This document shows positions 53,658-62,726 of a stretch of 64,000 nucleotides of DNA, piece after piece; positions within the stretch are counted from its first letter, which is position 1; every line of letters begins with the position of its first letter. The stretch comes from Lentisphaeria bacterium (GTDB taxonomy: Bacteria > Verrucomicrobiota > Lentisphaeria > Victivallales > UBA1829): NCBI GenBank assembly GCA_017455665.1, contig JAFSZN010000050.1, positions 183 through 64,182 on the forward strand, in the 5' to 3' direction. The notes under the pieces were generated by a model. It was not told the origin of the DNA. It was given only the letters and a program-made list of their open reading frames with translations, and did not search any database. Made by a program: the position numbers and the translations under genes.

Positions 53658-54884
53658 ATGAGCATCCGGGAAAGCTACGTCCATACACTCCACGCCTGCA
53701 ACATCAGCTATGTCACGCAGGCAATCGTCAACGACTTCGCGCCGCTGCTCTTCCTGTGGTTCATGCGCGCCTACGACCTGAAGCTGGGCCAGCTCACGTA
53801 TCTCCTCATCGGGAATTTCTGGCTTCAGATGTGCGTGGCGTTCGCCTGCGCCAAGCTTGCCGACAGGATCTCCTACCGCCTCACGCTCGTGATCGGGCAG
53901 TTCTGTTCCGCCGCCGGGCTCGTGCTCATGACGGTCCTGCCCGACCTCATGCCGAATCCGCTCCTCGGCTTGACCTGCGCGGTCGCGCTGTACGCGGTCG
54001 GGGGCGGCGTGGTAGAGGCGGTCACCAGCCCGGTCGTCGAGGCGTGCCCGTTCAAACGCAAGGCCGCCGCGATGAGCCTCGTTCATTCGTTCTACTGCTG
54101 GGGACAGATGATCGTCGTGCTCGGATCGACCTTCTTTTTCCATCGTTTCGGGCTGGACAACTGGCGGCTGCTCGCGTATGTGTGGGCGGCGGTCCCGCTC
54201 TTCGACGGCGTGTACTTCATGTTCGTGCCGATGCGGCCGCTGATCGCCGAGGGGAAACAGGGACTCGGCATCCTCGGGCTCTTCAAGCTTCCGGTCTTCT
54301 GGCTCATGGCGGTGATGATGCTCTGCGCGGGCGCGTCCGAACACTGCATGAACCAGTGGGCGTCGTCGTTCGCGGAATCCGCCCTGGGCGTGAAGAAGGA
54401 GGTCGGCGACCTCGCCGGGCCGTGCCTCTTCGCGCTCCTCATGGGGCTTTCGCGCACGCTCTACGCCGCGTTCAGCACGCGCCTCAACCTCATCAACTGC
54501 CTCATCGCGAGCTGCGCGCTCAGCATCGCCGCCTATCTCACCGCCGTCTTCGCGCCCTGGCCGCCCCTCGCGCTTGCCGGGTGCGCCCTCTGCGGCTGGG
54601 CGGCGGGCATCCTCTGGGCGGGCGTCTTCAGCACGGCGTCCCTCGCGATCCCGCTCGGCGGAACCGCCATGTTCGCGCTGCTCGCCCTGCCCGGCGACTT
54701 CGGCTGTGGCCTCGGTCCCGTGTACGTCGGCAGGATCGCGGCGTTCTGCGGCGACGACCTCAAAGCCGGGCTTCTCGCGGCCGCCTTCTTCCCCGCGCTC
54801 ATGCTCGGATGCCTCCTGTACTACAAGTTCGGCTATCTGCCGCGCCACGGGGAGCTCGCCTCGAGCGGCATCCCCGAGGGCTGA
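53658..54884 (+). CDS. MFS transporter
   Basis: Track ORF is over-extended; the ATG at 53658 gives 408 aa with about 12 TM helices. Confidence 0.75.
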   Translation: MSIRESYVHTLHACNISYVTQAIVNDFAPLLFLWFMRAYDLKLGQLTYLLIGNFWLQMCVAFACAKLADRISYRLTLVIGQFCSAAGLVLMTVLPDLMPNPLLGLTCAVALYAVGGGVVEAVTSPVVEACPFKRKAAAMSLVHSFYCWGQMIVVLGSTFFFHRFGLDNWRLLAYVWAAVPLFDGVYFMFVPMRPLIAEGKQGLGILGLFKLPVFWLMAVMMLCAGASEHCMNQWASSFAESALGVKKEVGDLAGPCLFALLMGLSRTLYAAFSTRLNLINCLIASCALSIAAYLTAVFAPWPPLALAGCALCGWAAGILWAGVFSTASLAIPLGGTAMFALLALPGDFGCGLGPVYVGRIAAFCGDDLKAGLLAAAFFPALMLGCLLYYKFGYLPRHGELASSGIPEG

Positions 54885-55128
54885 CCGCGGCGCGTGCAAC
54901 ACCTCAATCATCCCTCTCCCCGCCCTCTAACGCGTCTTTCCGTTTTTTCAAGCCCGGTTCCGCATTTTTCCGCAAAAAAGTCCCTTCGGATCCGGCAGTT
55001 TATTTATTCTTCTGATTATCAGTGTTTTTACTGTTTTCGTCGGTGCGGATCGCAAGTGCCATTTTGACACAATGTAAAATACAAATTAATATTGAATAAT
55101 TTTTTGTTGAATTTTTTCCGTTTCGGTA

Positions 55129-55156
55129 TTGCATTTGTCAAGGGATTGATTATATT
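55129..55156 (+). promoter_or_regulatory. Candidate sigma-70 promoter for nrdGD (TTGCAT-N16-TATATT)
   Basis: Hexamers at 55129-55134 and 55151-55156 in an AT-rich leader. Confidence 0.3.
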
Positions 55157-55166
55157 ATACGGGAAC

Positions 55167-55184
55167 ACCACAAGATGTTGTGGT
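55167..55184. promoter_or_regulatory. Palindrome ACCACAA-GATG-TTGTGGT, NrdR-box-like
   Basis: 7-bp perfect arms. The core CCACAAGATGTTGTGG matches the remembered NrdR-box consensus acaCwAtATaTwGtgt at 12 of 16 positions. Lies just downstream of the candidate -10. Confidence 0.3.
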
Positions 55185-55235
55185 CTTCGTCCGTTTATCA
55201 CCACTCTTGCCACCATTCATTCTTTCCCCGCTCAA

Positions 55236-55961
55236 ATGAACGCCGACTCACGTTTCGGACTGCAGAAGCTCACGTTGCTGGATTACCCCGGCAAGGTCGC
55301 CTGCACCATTTTCCTGCACGGATGCAACTTCCGCTGCCCGTTCTGCCACAACGCCTCGCTCGTCGTGGTCCCGCAGGAGGATTCCGCCATGATCACGCTC
55401 GACGAGCTGAAGGATTTCCTGTCGAAACGGGGAAAGATCCTGGACGGCGCGTGCATCACGGGCGGCGAGCCTGTGATGCGTCCCGACCTCGCCGAGCTGC
55501 TGGAGCTGCTGCGTTCGTACCGCCTGCTCGTCAAGCTCGACACGAACGGCTCGTTCCCGGAACGCCTGCGTGAGCTCGTGGAACGTCGTCTCGTGGACGC
55601 CGTGGCGATGGACATCAAGAATACCTATGCAAAGTACGACGAGACGACCGGCGTGTCCGGCATGGCGGAACGCGTCGCGGAGAGCGCGGCATACCTCAAA
55701 ACTGCCCCGCTGGACTACTACGAACTCCGCACGACGGTCGTCCGTCAGTTCCATACAGTGGACGGCCTGGCGGCGCTCGCACGCGAGCACGCCGGAGTCG
55801 AACATTACTTCCTTCAGAAATTCAAGGATTCCGGCGACCTGCTCGGCGCAGGGCTGAGCGCGATGCCGGACGAGGAGATGGAGCGCGCGCTGGAAGCCGT
55901 CCGGGAGTTCATCCCGAACGCACAGCTGCGCGGCGTCGACACGTCCGGGGCGGAATCATGA
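55236..55961 (+). CDS. nrdG: Anaerobic ribonucleoside-triphosphate reductase activating protein
   Basis: Track ORF is over-extended; the ATG at 55236 is used. Radical-SAM cluster CNFRCPFCHN and ITGGEP. Confidence 0.88.
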   Translation: MNADSRFGLQKLTLLDYPGKVACTIFLHGCNFRCPFCHNASLVVVPQEDSAMITLDELKDFLSKRGKILDGACITGGEPVMRPDLAELLELLRSYRLLVKLDTNGSFPERLRELVERRLVDAVAMDIKNTYAKYDETTGVSGMAERVAESAAYLKTAPLDYYELRTTVVRQFHTVDGLAALAREHAGVEHYFLQKFKDSGDLLGAGLSAMPDEEMERALEAVREFIPNAQLRGVDTSGAES

Positions 55962-56014
55962 ACACTTTTTCATTTTTTCAATCATAACATTTTCAACACA
56001 GGAGCAGCAAAAAA

Positions 56015-58423
56015 ATGTACCAAGTCCAGAAACGCAACGGCAAAGTCATCGACTTCGACATCACGAAGATCTCCGACGCGATCAAGATGGCGTTCGAGGC
56101 GCAGGAAAAGAACTACCACCCCTCGATCATCGACTTTCTCGCGCTGAAGGTCACCGCCGAATTCGAGCCGAAGATCAAGGAAGGCCTGATCGCCGTTGAG
56201 GACATTCAGGACAGCGTGGAGTCCGTGCTCGTGCAGGCGGGCTACGCCGACGTCGCGAAAGCCTACATCCTCTACCGCCGCCAGCGCGAAAAACTCCGCA
56301 ACACCGCCAACACGATCATCGACTTCAAGACCACCATCGACGACTATCTGAAGATCAACGACTGGCGCGTGAAGGAAAACTCGACCGTCACTTACTCCGT
56401 CGGCGGCCTCATCCTCTCCAACTCCGGCGCCCTCACCGCCAACTACTGGCTCTCCGAGATCTACGACGACGAGATCGCGAATGCGCACCGCAACGCCGAC
56501 CTGCACCTCCACGACCTCTCCATGCTCACCGGCTACTGCGCCGGCTGGTCCCTCAAGCAGCTCATCCAGGAAGGCCTCGGCGGCGTCCCCGGCAAGATCA
56601 CCAGCGCCCCGGCGTCTCACCTCGCCACCCTCTGCAACCAGATGGTCAACTTCCTCGGCATAATGCAGAACGAGTGGGCAGGCGCTCAGGCCTTTTCCTC
56701 CTTCGACACCTATCTTGCCCCCTTTGTAAAGGTAGATAACCTCAGTCAGAAGGAGGTCAAGCAGTGCATCCAGAGCTTTGTCTACGGCGTGAACACGCCC
56801 AGCCGCTGGGGCACTCAGGCTCCCTTCTCCAACATAACTCTCGACTGGGTCGTGCCCAACGACCTCAAGAATCTGCCCGCTATCATCGGCGGCAGGGAGA
56901 TGGACTTCACCTACGGCGACTGCAAGAAGGAAATGGACATGGTGAACAAGGCGTTCATCGAGGTCATGATCGAGGGCGACGCCAACGGCCGGGGCTTCCA
57001 GTACCCCATCCCCACCTACTCCATCACCCGGGATTTCGATTGGAGCGAGACCGAGAACAACAAGCTCCTCTTCGAGATGACCGCCAAGTACGGCACGCCC
57101 TACTTCTCCAACTACATCAACTCCGACATGGAGCCCAGCGACGTGCGGTCCATGTGCTGCCGTCTTCGGCTGGACCTTCGCGAGCTTCGCAAGAAGTCCG
57201 GCGGCTTCTTCGGCTCCGGCGAGAGCACGGGTTCCGTGGGCGTGGTAACCATCAACCTGCCCCGGCTGGCGTATCTGGCTGCCGACGAGAAGGACTTCTA
57301 CGCCCGGCTGGATCGGATGATGGACATCGCCGCCAGAAGCCTCAAGACCAAGCGGACCGTCATCACCAAGCTGTTGGACGCGGGCCTCTATCCCTACACC
57401 AAGCGGTATCTCGGCACCTTCAACAACCACTTCTCCACCATCGGCCTCATCGGCATGAACGAGGTGGGCCTCAACGCCAAGTGGCTCCGCAAGGATCTGA
57501 CCCATCCCGAGACCCAGCAGTTCGCCAAGGACGTGCTGAACCACATGCGCAACCGCCTCTCCGACTACCAGGAGAAGTACGGCGACCTCTACAACCTGGA
57601 GGCCACCCCGGCGGAATCCACCACCTACCGCTTCGCCAAGCACGACAAGGAGGAGTTCCCCGACATCATCACCGCCAACGAGAACGGCACGCCCTACTAC
57701 ACCAACTCCTCCCACCTGCCCGTGGGCTACACGGAGGACGTGTTCTCCGCGTTGGACATTCAGGACGATCTGCAGACCCTCTACACCTCCGGCACCGTGT
57801 TCCACGCCTTCCTGGGCGAGAAGCTCCCCGACTGGAAGGCTGCGGCCAACCTGGTCCGGAAGATCGCCGAGAACTACAAGCTCCCCTACTACACCATGTC
57901 CCCCACCTATTCGGTGTGCAAGGATCACGGCTACATCACGGGCGAGCACTTCACCTGCCCCATCTGCGGTCAGAAGACCGAGGTCTACAGCCGCATCACC
58001 GGCTACTATCGGCCCGTGCAGAACTGGAACGACGGCAAGGCCCAGGAGTTCAAGGATCGGAAGGTCTACAACATCGGCCGGTCCGTGCTGACCCATGTGG
58101 GCCCCAAGCCCGAGGGCGCGCCCGCGGAGAAGCCCCTGTTCACGGCGCCGGCGGAGGTCCAGCCCGAGCCCGTGGAGGAAGCGAAGGCGGACGCCACGAT
58201 CCTGCTGTTCAAGACGCCCACCTGTCCCAACTGCAAGCTGGCCATGGCGCTCCTCGACAAGGCGGGCGTGGCTTACACGGCCCTGAACGCCAACGAGAAC
58301 AAGGAGCTGGTGGCCCAGTACGGCGTGAAGCAGGCCCCCACGCTGGTGCTCCTGGAGAAGGACGGGTTCGCCTCCTTCCGCGGCGTATCTGATATCAAGG
58401 GCTGGCTCATGGGGAAGAAATAA
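56015..58423 (+). CDS. nrdD: Anaerobic (class III) ribonucleoside-triphosphate reductase with C-terminal thioredoxin/glutaredoxin-like domain
   Basis: 802 aa. ATP-cone (MYQVQKRNGKVIDFD). Zn-ribbon cysteines CKDHG...CPICG and glycyl-radical motif SRITGYYRPV. An extra ~95-aa tail follows, with LLFKTPTCPNCKLAMALLDKAGVAY...APTLVL (CPNC redox motif). Confidence 0.92.
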   Translation: MYQVQKRNGKVIDFDITKISDAIKMAFEAQEKNYHPSIIDFLALKVTAEFEPKIKEGLIAVEDIQDSVESVLVQAGYADVAKAYILYRRQREKLRNTANTIIDFKTTIDDYLKINDWRVKENSTVTYSVGGLILSNSGALTANYWLSEIYDDEIANAHRNADLHLHDLSMLTGYCAGWSLKQLIQEGLGGVPGKITSAPASHLATLCNQMVNFLGIMQNEWAGAQAFSSFDTYLAPFVKVDNLSQKEVKQCIQSFVYGVNTPSRWGTQAPFSNITLDWVVPNDLKNLPAIIGGREMDFTYGDCKKEMDMVNKAFIEVMIEGDANGRGFQYPIPTYSITRDFDWSETENNKLLFEMTAKYGTPYFSNYINSDMEPSDVRSMCCRLRLDLRELRKKSGGFFGSGESTGSVGVVTINLPRLAYLAADEKDFYARLDRMMDIAARSLKTKRTVITKLLDAGLYPYTKRYLGTFNNHFSTIGLIGMNEVGLNAKWLRKDLTHPETQQFAKDVLNHMRNRLSDYQEKYGDLYNLEATPAESTTYRFAKHDKEEFPDIITANENGTPYYTNSSHLPVGYTEDVFSALDIQDDLQTLYTSGTVFHAFLGEKLPDWKAAANLVRKIAENYKLPYYTMSPTYSVCKDHGYITGEHFTCPICGQKTEVYSRITGYYRPVQNWNDGKAQEFKDRKVYNIGRSVLTHVGPKPEGAPAEKPLFTAPAEVQPEPVEEAKADATILLFKTPTCPNCKLAMALLDKAGVAYTALNANENKELVAQYGVKQAPTLVLLEKDGFASFRGVSDIKGWLMGKK

Positions 58424-58652
58424 AGGATTGTATTGAAAGCTCGCACCCTTTCTTGTAAGAAAGGGTGCGTCCCAAAGAACTTTTGATTGGGATAAGGGGT
58501 AGTATTTTCATCAGCTGCTTGCAACGAAAGCTTGTGCTGTCAAGCATCTATCCACCCGATCAGTAATACTGTTTCTTGGCTTTTCTTTTTCGGTCCCTTT
58601 TTCTTTTCTCCTGAAAAGAAAAAGGGACACAAAAATAATTGGAGAAAAAACC

Positions 58653-59570
58653 ATGTACGACATCATCGTCATCGGCGGCGGGCCGGCGGGAATGACCGCG
58701 GCGCTCTATGCCCTTCGGAACGGCAAATCCGTGCTGGTGCTGGAAAAGCACGGCTTCGGGGGCCAGATCACCTACTCCCCCAAGGTGGAGAACTACCCCG
58801 GCACCATCCAGATGAGCGGCAACGAGTTCGCCGACAAGATGCTGGAGCAGATTTTGGCCCTGGGCGCGGAGGTGGAGCTGGAGAAGGCCGTGGCCGTGGA
58901 AGAAGCGGACGGCCGCAAGCTGGTGAAGACCGAGGAGGGGAACGCCTTCGAGGCCATGGCCGTCATCCTCGCCACGGGCGTGAAGCATCGGATGCTGGGC
59001 CTGCCCGGGGAGAACGAGCTGGTGGGCAACGGCATCTCCTTCTGCGCCGTGTGCGACGGCGATTTCTTCTCCGGCCAGACCGTCTGCGTGGCGGGCGGCG
59101 GCAACTCCGCGCTGCAGGAGGCGATCCTGCTGGCGGAGAAGTGCAAGGAGGTCATCCTCCTCCAGGATCTGCCGGAGCTCACGGGCGAAGCGACCCTGCA
59201 AACCATCCTCAAACACCGGGCCAACGTGACCATCGAGACCAACCGGAAGATCGTGGGCGTCCAGGCCGGCGACGACGGCCTCACCGGCGTCACCGTGGAG
59301 GATCGGCTCACCGGGTGGCAGAGGACCATCCCCGCCGAGGGCCTGTTCATCGCCATCGGTCTGATCCCCGAGAACGGACCCTTCGCAGACCTGGCCGACC
59401 TCAACAGCTACGGCTATTTCGCCTCCGGCGAGGACTGCCTGACGAAGACCCCCGGCGTGTACGTGGCCGGGGACTGCCGCAGCAAATCCATCCGCCAGCT
59501 CACCACCGCCTGCGCCGACGGCGCCGTGGCCGCCCTGGCCGCCTGCCGGTATGTGAACGAACGAAAGTAA
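58653..59570 (+). CDS. trxB: Thioredoxin-disulfide reductase
   Basis: 305 aa with GGGPAGMTAA, redox-active CAVCDG, GGGNSALQEA and GVYVAGD. Confidence 0.9.
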   Translation: MYDIIVIGGGPAGMTAALYALRNGKSVLVLEKHGFGGQITYSPKVENYPGTIQMSGNEFADKMLEQILALGAEVELEKAVAVEEADGRKLVKTEEGNAFEAMAVILATGVKHRMLGLPGENELVGNGISFCAVCDGDFFSGQTVCVAGGGNSALQEAILLAEKCKEVILLQDLPELTGEATLQTILKHRANVTIETNRKIVGVQAGDDGLTGVTVEDRLTGWQRTIPAEGLFIAIGLIPENGPFADLADLNSYGYFASGEDCLTKTPGVYVAGDCRSKSIRQLTTACADGAVAALAACRYVNERK

Positions 59571-59685
59571 AATGGTCCTTTTGCTCTTCTGTGAAGAGAA
59601 GAAGGAACCGAAAAAGACAAGCGTAAGAAGACAAAGAGAGCTATGTGCAAAAGCACAGCCCTCTTTTATGCTCTCTGGTTTTGGT

Positions 59686-60393
59686 TCATTCCTTTATCAG
59701 ATCCTTAATGACTTCCCCCGCGATGATGAGCCCTGCCACCGAGGGCACGAAGGCCACGCTGCCCGGGGTGGCCCGGCGGTGGGTGTCCTCGTCCGCAGGG
59801 GCGGGGGAGAGGGCCGGTTCCGTGGAGTAGACCACCTTCACGTGCTCGACGCCCCGCTTCCTGAGCTCCCGGCGCATGATCCGGGCCAGGGGGCACACGG
59901 AGGTCTCGGAGATGTCCGCCACCCGGAAGGCCGTGGGGTCCAGCTTGTTTCCCGCGCCCATGGAGGAGATCACGGCCGTCCCCGCCGCCTTGGCCGCCTC
60001 GATGAGCTGGAGCTTGCCGGCCACGGTGTCGATGGCGTCCACCACGTAATCATATTGGCTGAAATCAAATTGATCCGCCGTTTCGGGGAGATAGAAGACG
60101 GGCCGGGTCCTGACCTGGCAGTCGGGGTTGACGCTCAGGACCCTTGCCTTGGCCGCGTCCACCTTCAGCATGCCCAGGGTGTCCCGGGTGGCGATGATCT
60201 GCCGGTTCAGGTTGGACAGGACCACCCGGTCGCTGTCGATCAAATCCAGAGCCCCTATGCCGCTTCGGGCCAGGGCCTCCACCGCATAGCCGCCCACGCC
60301 GCCGACGCCGAACACGGCCACCCGCGCACGGGCGAGGCGTTGTAGAGCTTCCTCCCCCAGCAGCATCCGGGTCCTCGAAAACATATCCTCCAT
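59686..60393 (-). CDS. tcdA: tRNA threonylcarbamoyladenosine dehydratase (ThiF/MoeB-family, TcdA-like)
   Basis: 235 aa with VAVFGVGGVGGYAVEALARSG, SNLNRQ and C-terminal PGSVAFVPSVAGLIIA. Confidence 0.8.
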   Translation of the reverse strand: MEDMFSRTRMLLGEEALQRLARARVAVFGVGGVGGYAVEALARSGIGALDLIDSDRVVLSNLNRQIIATRDTLGMLKVDAAKARVLSVNPDCQVRTRPVFYLPETADQFDFSQYDYVVDAIDTVAGKLQLIEAAKAAGTAVISSMGAGNKLDPTAFRVADISETSVCPLARIMRRELRKRGVEHVKVVYSTEPALSPAPADEDTHRRATPGSVAFVPSVAGLIIAGEVIKDLIKE

Positions 60394-60396
60394 AGG

Positions 60397-61314
60397 TTAC
60401 GCCTCCCGTACGGGCAGATCCTCGATCAGCACGTCCATGGTGCCCCCGCAGACCATGCCCTCCAGAGCCGCCACGTCGCCGGTCATATCCACGGTGACCA
60501 CCTGGCTTCGGCCCGTGCCCATGAGCCGCCGGGCCGCCAAAATGGCCTGATTCTCCCCGCAGCCGCCGCCGATGGTCCCGGCGCTGTTGCCCAGCTTGTC
60601 CGTGCCCATGAGGGCCCCGCCCTTCACCGGCGTGGAGCCCTTGGCGGAGAGCACCAGCAGCAATGCGGCGGGCCGACTGTCGTCGCTGAGGAAGCGCAGG
60701 GCGTCCAGGTCCGTGTTCTGCTGGGGCAAAAGGCCTTCGCCTGCGGGCAGGGCGTGGCGAACGGCGATAAGCTCCGCCAGGATGGACACGGCGATCTCCG
60801 CCGGGGTCACCGCCCCGATGGAAAGGCCGATGGGCGCGTGGACCCGAGCGAGGCGCGCCTGGTCATATCCCTCTTCCACCAGCAGCTCGAACAGCCCCTT
60901 CACCCGGCGGCGGGAGCCGATCATGCCCAGGTATCGGGGCTCGTTTCCTCGGAGCAGATATTTCATGCAGGTCACGTCGTCCTTGTGGCCCCGGGTCAAC
61001 ACGCACACAAAGTCCCCCGCGCCGATGTTCAGCCGGGGCAGAGCCGCTTCAAAGCTGTCGCAGAGGACCTCTTTGGCCTCCGGAAACCGGGCGTAGCCGG
61101 CGAAGGCGGGCCGATCGTCCGCCACCGTCACCGCAAAGCCCACCCGTATCGCCGCCTCATAGAGGGCCAGCGACACGTGGCCGCCGCCCAGCAGAACGAG
61201 ACGCTCCGGGGGCAGGAACCGGCGAACGATTCGCTGCCCGTTCACCTGGCGGACCAGGTCCGCCTCCCGGCCGGCCGTCACCGCGTCGAAAATCTCCTGA
61301 AACTCTTTACGCAT
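60397..61314 (-). CDS. XdhC-family maturation factor with apparently permuted domain order
   Basis: 305 aa. The Rossmann XdhC_C-like part comes first (LVLLGGGHVSLALYEAAIRVGFAVTVADDRP ... HAPIGL). The XdhC/CoxI-like part comes last (LLLVLSAKGSTPVKGGALMG...GTIGGGCGE). Confidence 0.7.
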   Translation of the reverse strand: MRKEFQEIFDAVTAGREADLVRQVNGQRIVRRFLPPERLVLLGGGHVSLALYEAAIRVGFAVTVADDRPAFAGYARFPEAKEVLCDSFEAALPRLNIGAGDFVCVLTRGHKDDVTCMKYLLRGNEPRYLGMIGSRRRVKGLFELLVEEGYDQARLARVHAPIGLSIGAVTPAEIAVSILAELIAVRHALPAGEGLLPQQNTDLDALRFLSDDSRPAALLLVLSAKGSTPVKGGALMGTDKLGNSAGTIGGGCGENQAILAARRLMGTGRSQVVTVDMTGDVAALEGMVCGGTMDVLIEDLPVREA

Positions 61315-61876
61315 CCTGCTGTGCCTCGTACCATTTCATGGCGTCCAGGGTGTCGGACAGGAGCTGTTCGAGAGGCCAGCCCAGCATATCCGCGCCCTTT
61401 TCGATCACATCCCGGGAGCAGCCGGCGGCGAAGTTCAACGTCTTATACTTCTTCTTCAGGGACTTCAAGCTCACCTCGCCCACCTTCTTGTTGGGGTGGA
61501 TCAGGGCCACGGCGCCGATGAGGCCGGTGAGCTCGTCCGTGGCGTAGAGGACCTTTTCCATCTCGTGCTCCGGCTTCACGTCGTTCCTATGGCCGTAGCC
61601 GTGGCTCACGACGGCCCGGATGAGCCGGGGGTCCAGATCCAGTTCCTCCATGATCTCCCTGGTCTTCTCGCAGTGCCGCTCGGGCCACTTCTCGTAATCA
61701 AGATCGTGCAGCAGCCCCACCAGCTTCCAGAAGTCCTTCTCGTCCCCGTAGCCCAGCTTGTCCGCGTACCAGCCCATGACGGCCTCCACGGTCTGGCCGT
61801 GCTGCAGATGGAAGGGCTCCTGATTGTATTTCGTGAGCAGGTCCCAAGCCTCCGCCCGGGTGATCTCTCTTGCCAT
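61307..61876 (-). CDS. HD-domain metal-dependent phosphohydrolase
   Basis: 189 aa with H...HD (LQHGQTV..., GLLHDLDY) and SHGYGH. 8-nt overlap with the xdhC-like gene. Confidence 0.8.
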   Translation of the reverse strand: MAREITRAEAWDLLTKYNQEPFHLQHGQTVEAVMGWYADKLGYGDEKDFWKLVGLLHDLDYEKWPERHCEKTREIMEELDLDPRLIRAVVSHGYGHRNDVKPEHEMEKVLYATDELTGLIGAVALIHPNKKVGEVSLKSLKKKYKTLNFAAGCSRDVIEKGADMLGWPLEQLLSDTLDAMKWYEAQQDA

Positions 61877-61984
61877 GTTTCGTCCACACCTTTCCGTACG
61901 TTTATTGCCTATTATAGGAAGAAAGGGGGGCGGCTGTCAATTCCCGTTCCATGCAAAAAAGCCCTCCCCTGGAAGGGGAAGGAA

Positions 61985-62121
61985 GCGTTTGCGACGGATG
62001 AGGCGTTCCTGTCCGCCCTCGTTGCATGTGATTGCGGGCCGGGCAAGCCGCGGCCCCTACGGCATAGAAGCGCAACTTTCATGCCGAGCCGCCGTAGGGG
62101 AGGGGCTTGCCCCTCCCGTGG
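61985..62121 (-). repeat. Multi-hairpin intergenic repeat, family 2, copy 1 (inverted)
   Basis: The reverse complement reads GGGAGGGGC-AA-GCCCCTCCC, then CCCCTACGG-N27-CCGTAGGGG, then GGCCGCGGCTTGCCCGGCC, then CGCAATCACATGCAAC..GGGCGG. It is colinear with 63758-63880. Confidence 0.8.
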
Positions 62122-62129
62122 CTAAAGGT

Positions 62130-62582
62130 TCAAGCGCACATGCCGTGGGCGGCCATGTAGTCATAGAGCATCTGGCCGTGCTCCTGCTCCTCCTTCTGGA
62201 TGTGGTTCAGGGTCGACCGGGCGCCGGCGTCGGTGAACTCGAAGATGCAGGTGTCGTACACGCTGGACACGTGCTTCTCCGTGTCCAAGGCGTCCTTCAG
62301 CAGGTATTCGTCGTTCTTGCTGTGGGATTTTTCCGCGGGCTGGCCGCTGCCGGGCTGGCTGCTCTGCTGGCTCTGGCTCCCGGACATCATGGGCACCGTG
62401 CCCTCCATCAGGCGGTTGATGGTCTTCAGGTGCTCCTCCTCCTTGGACCGGATGGTCAAAAACAGATCCGCCAGGGCCTGGTCCTCGGCCTTCTGGGCGT
62501 ACTGGCCGTACTTCTCGATGCAGATCTCCTCCGAAGTCTTGAGGTCCTGCAACAGCATGGATTCTTTTTGCGTCAGTTTCAT
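62130..62582 (-). CDS. Coat F (CotF)-domain spore-coat-like protein
   Basis: Two ATGs (62591, 62582). GAGGTG lies 9 nt upstream of the second. Two ferritin-like half-domains (LQDLKTSEEICIEKYGQYA...EEEHL and LKDALDTEKHVSSVYDTCIFE...EEQEHGQMLYDYM) with a Gln/Ser-rich linker. Confidence 0.7.
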   Translation of the reverse strand: MKLTQKESMLLQDLKTSEEICIEKYGQYAQKAEDQALADLFLTIRSKEEEHLKTINRLMEGTVPMMSGSQSQQSSQPGSGQPAEKSHSKNDEYLLKDALDTEKHVSSVYDTCIFEFTDAGARSTLNHIQKEEQEHGQMLYDYMAAHGMCA

Positions 62583-62726
62583 TGTTTTCATCACCTCGCT
62601 TATAGGATGACCCGGTGCGCCGCCCGCCATGCGGCGAGGACAAAGTCTCTCCTTTTTTGCGGTTTTCTCTTGCGTTTTTCATCTTAGTGTCGTATACTGT
62701 CCCATATTTTTTGCGAGGTGATCCCC

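Noticed and set aside
58424-58652. Two long hairpins between nrdD and trxB: GCACCCTTTCTT/AAGAAAGGGTGC at about 58447-58472 and GTCCCTTTTTCTTTT/AAAAGAAAAAGGGAC at about 58594-58629. Considered as terminators or a riboswitch.
   Set aside because: Neither is followed by a T-run on either strand, and I recognise no riboswitch consensus. They are noted only as unexplained structure.
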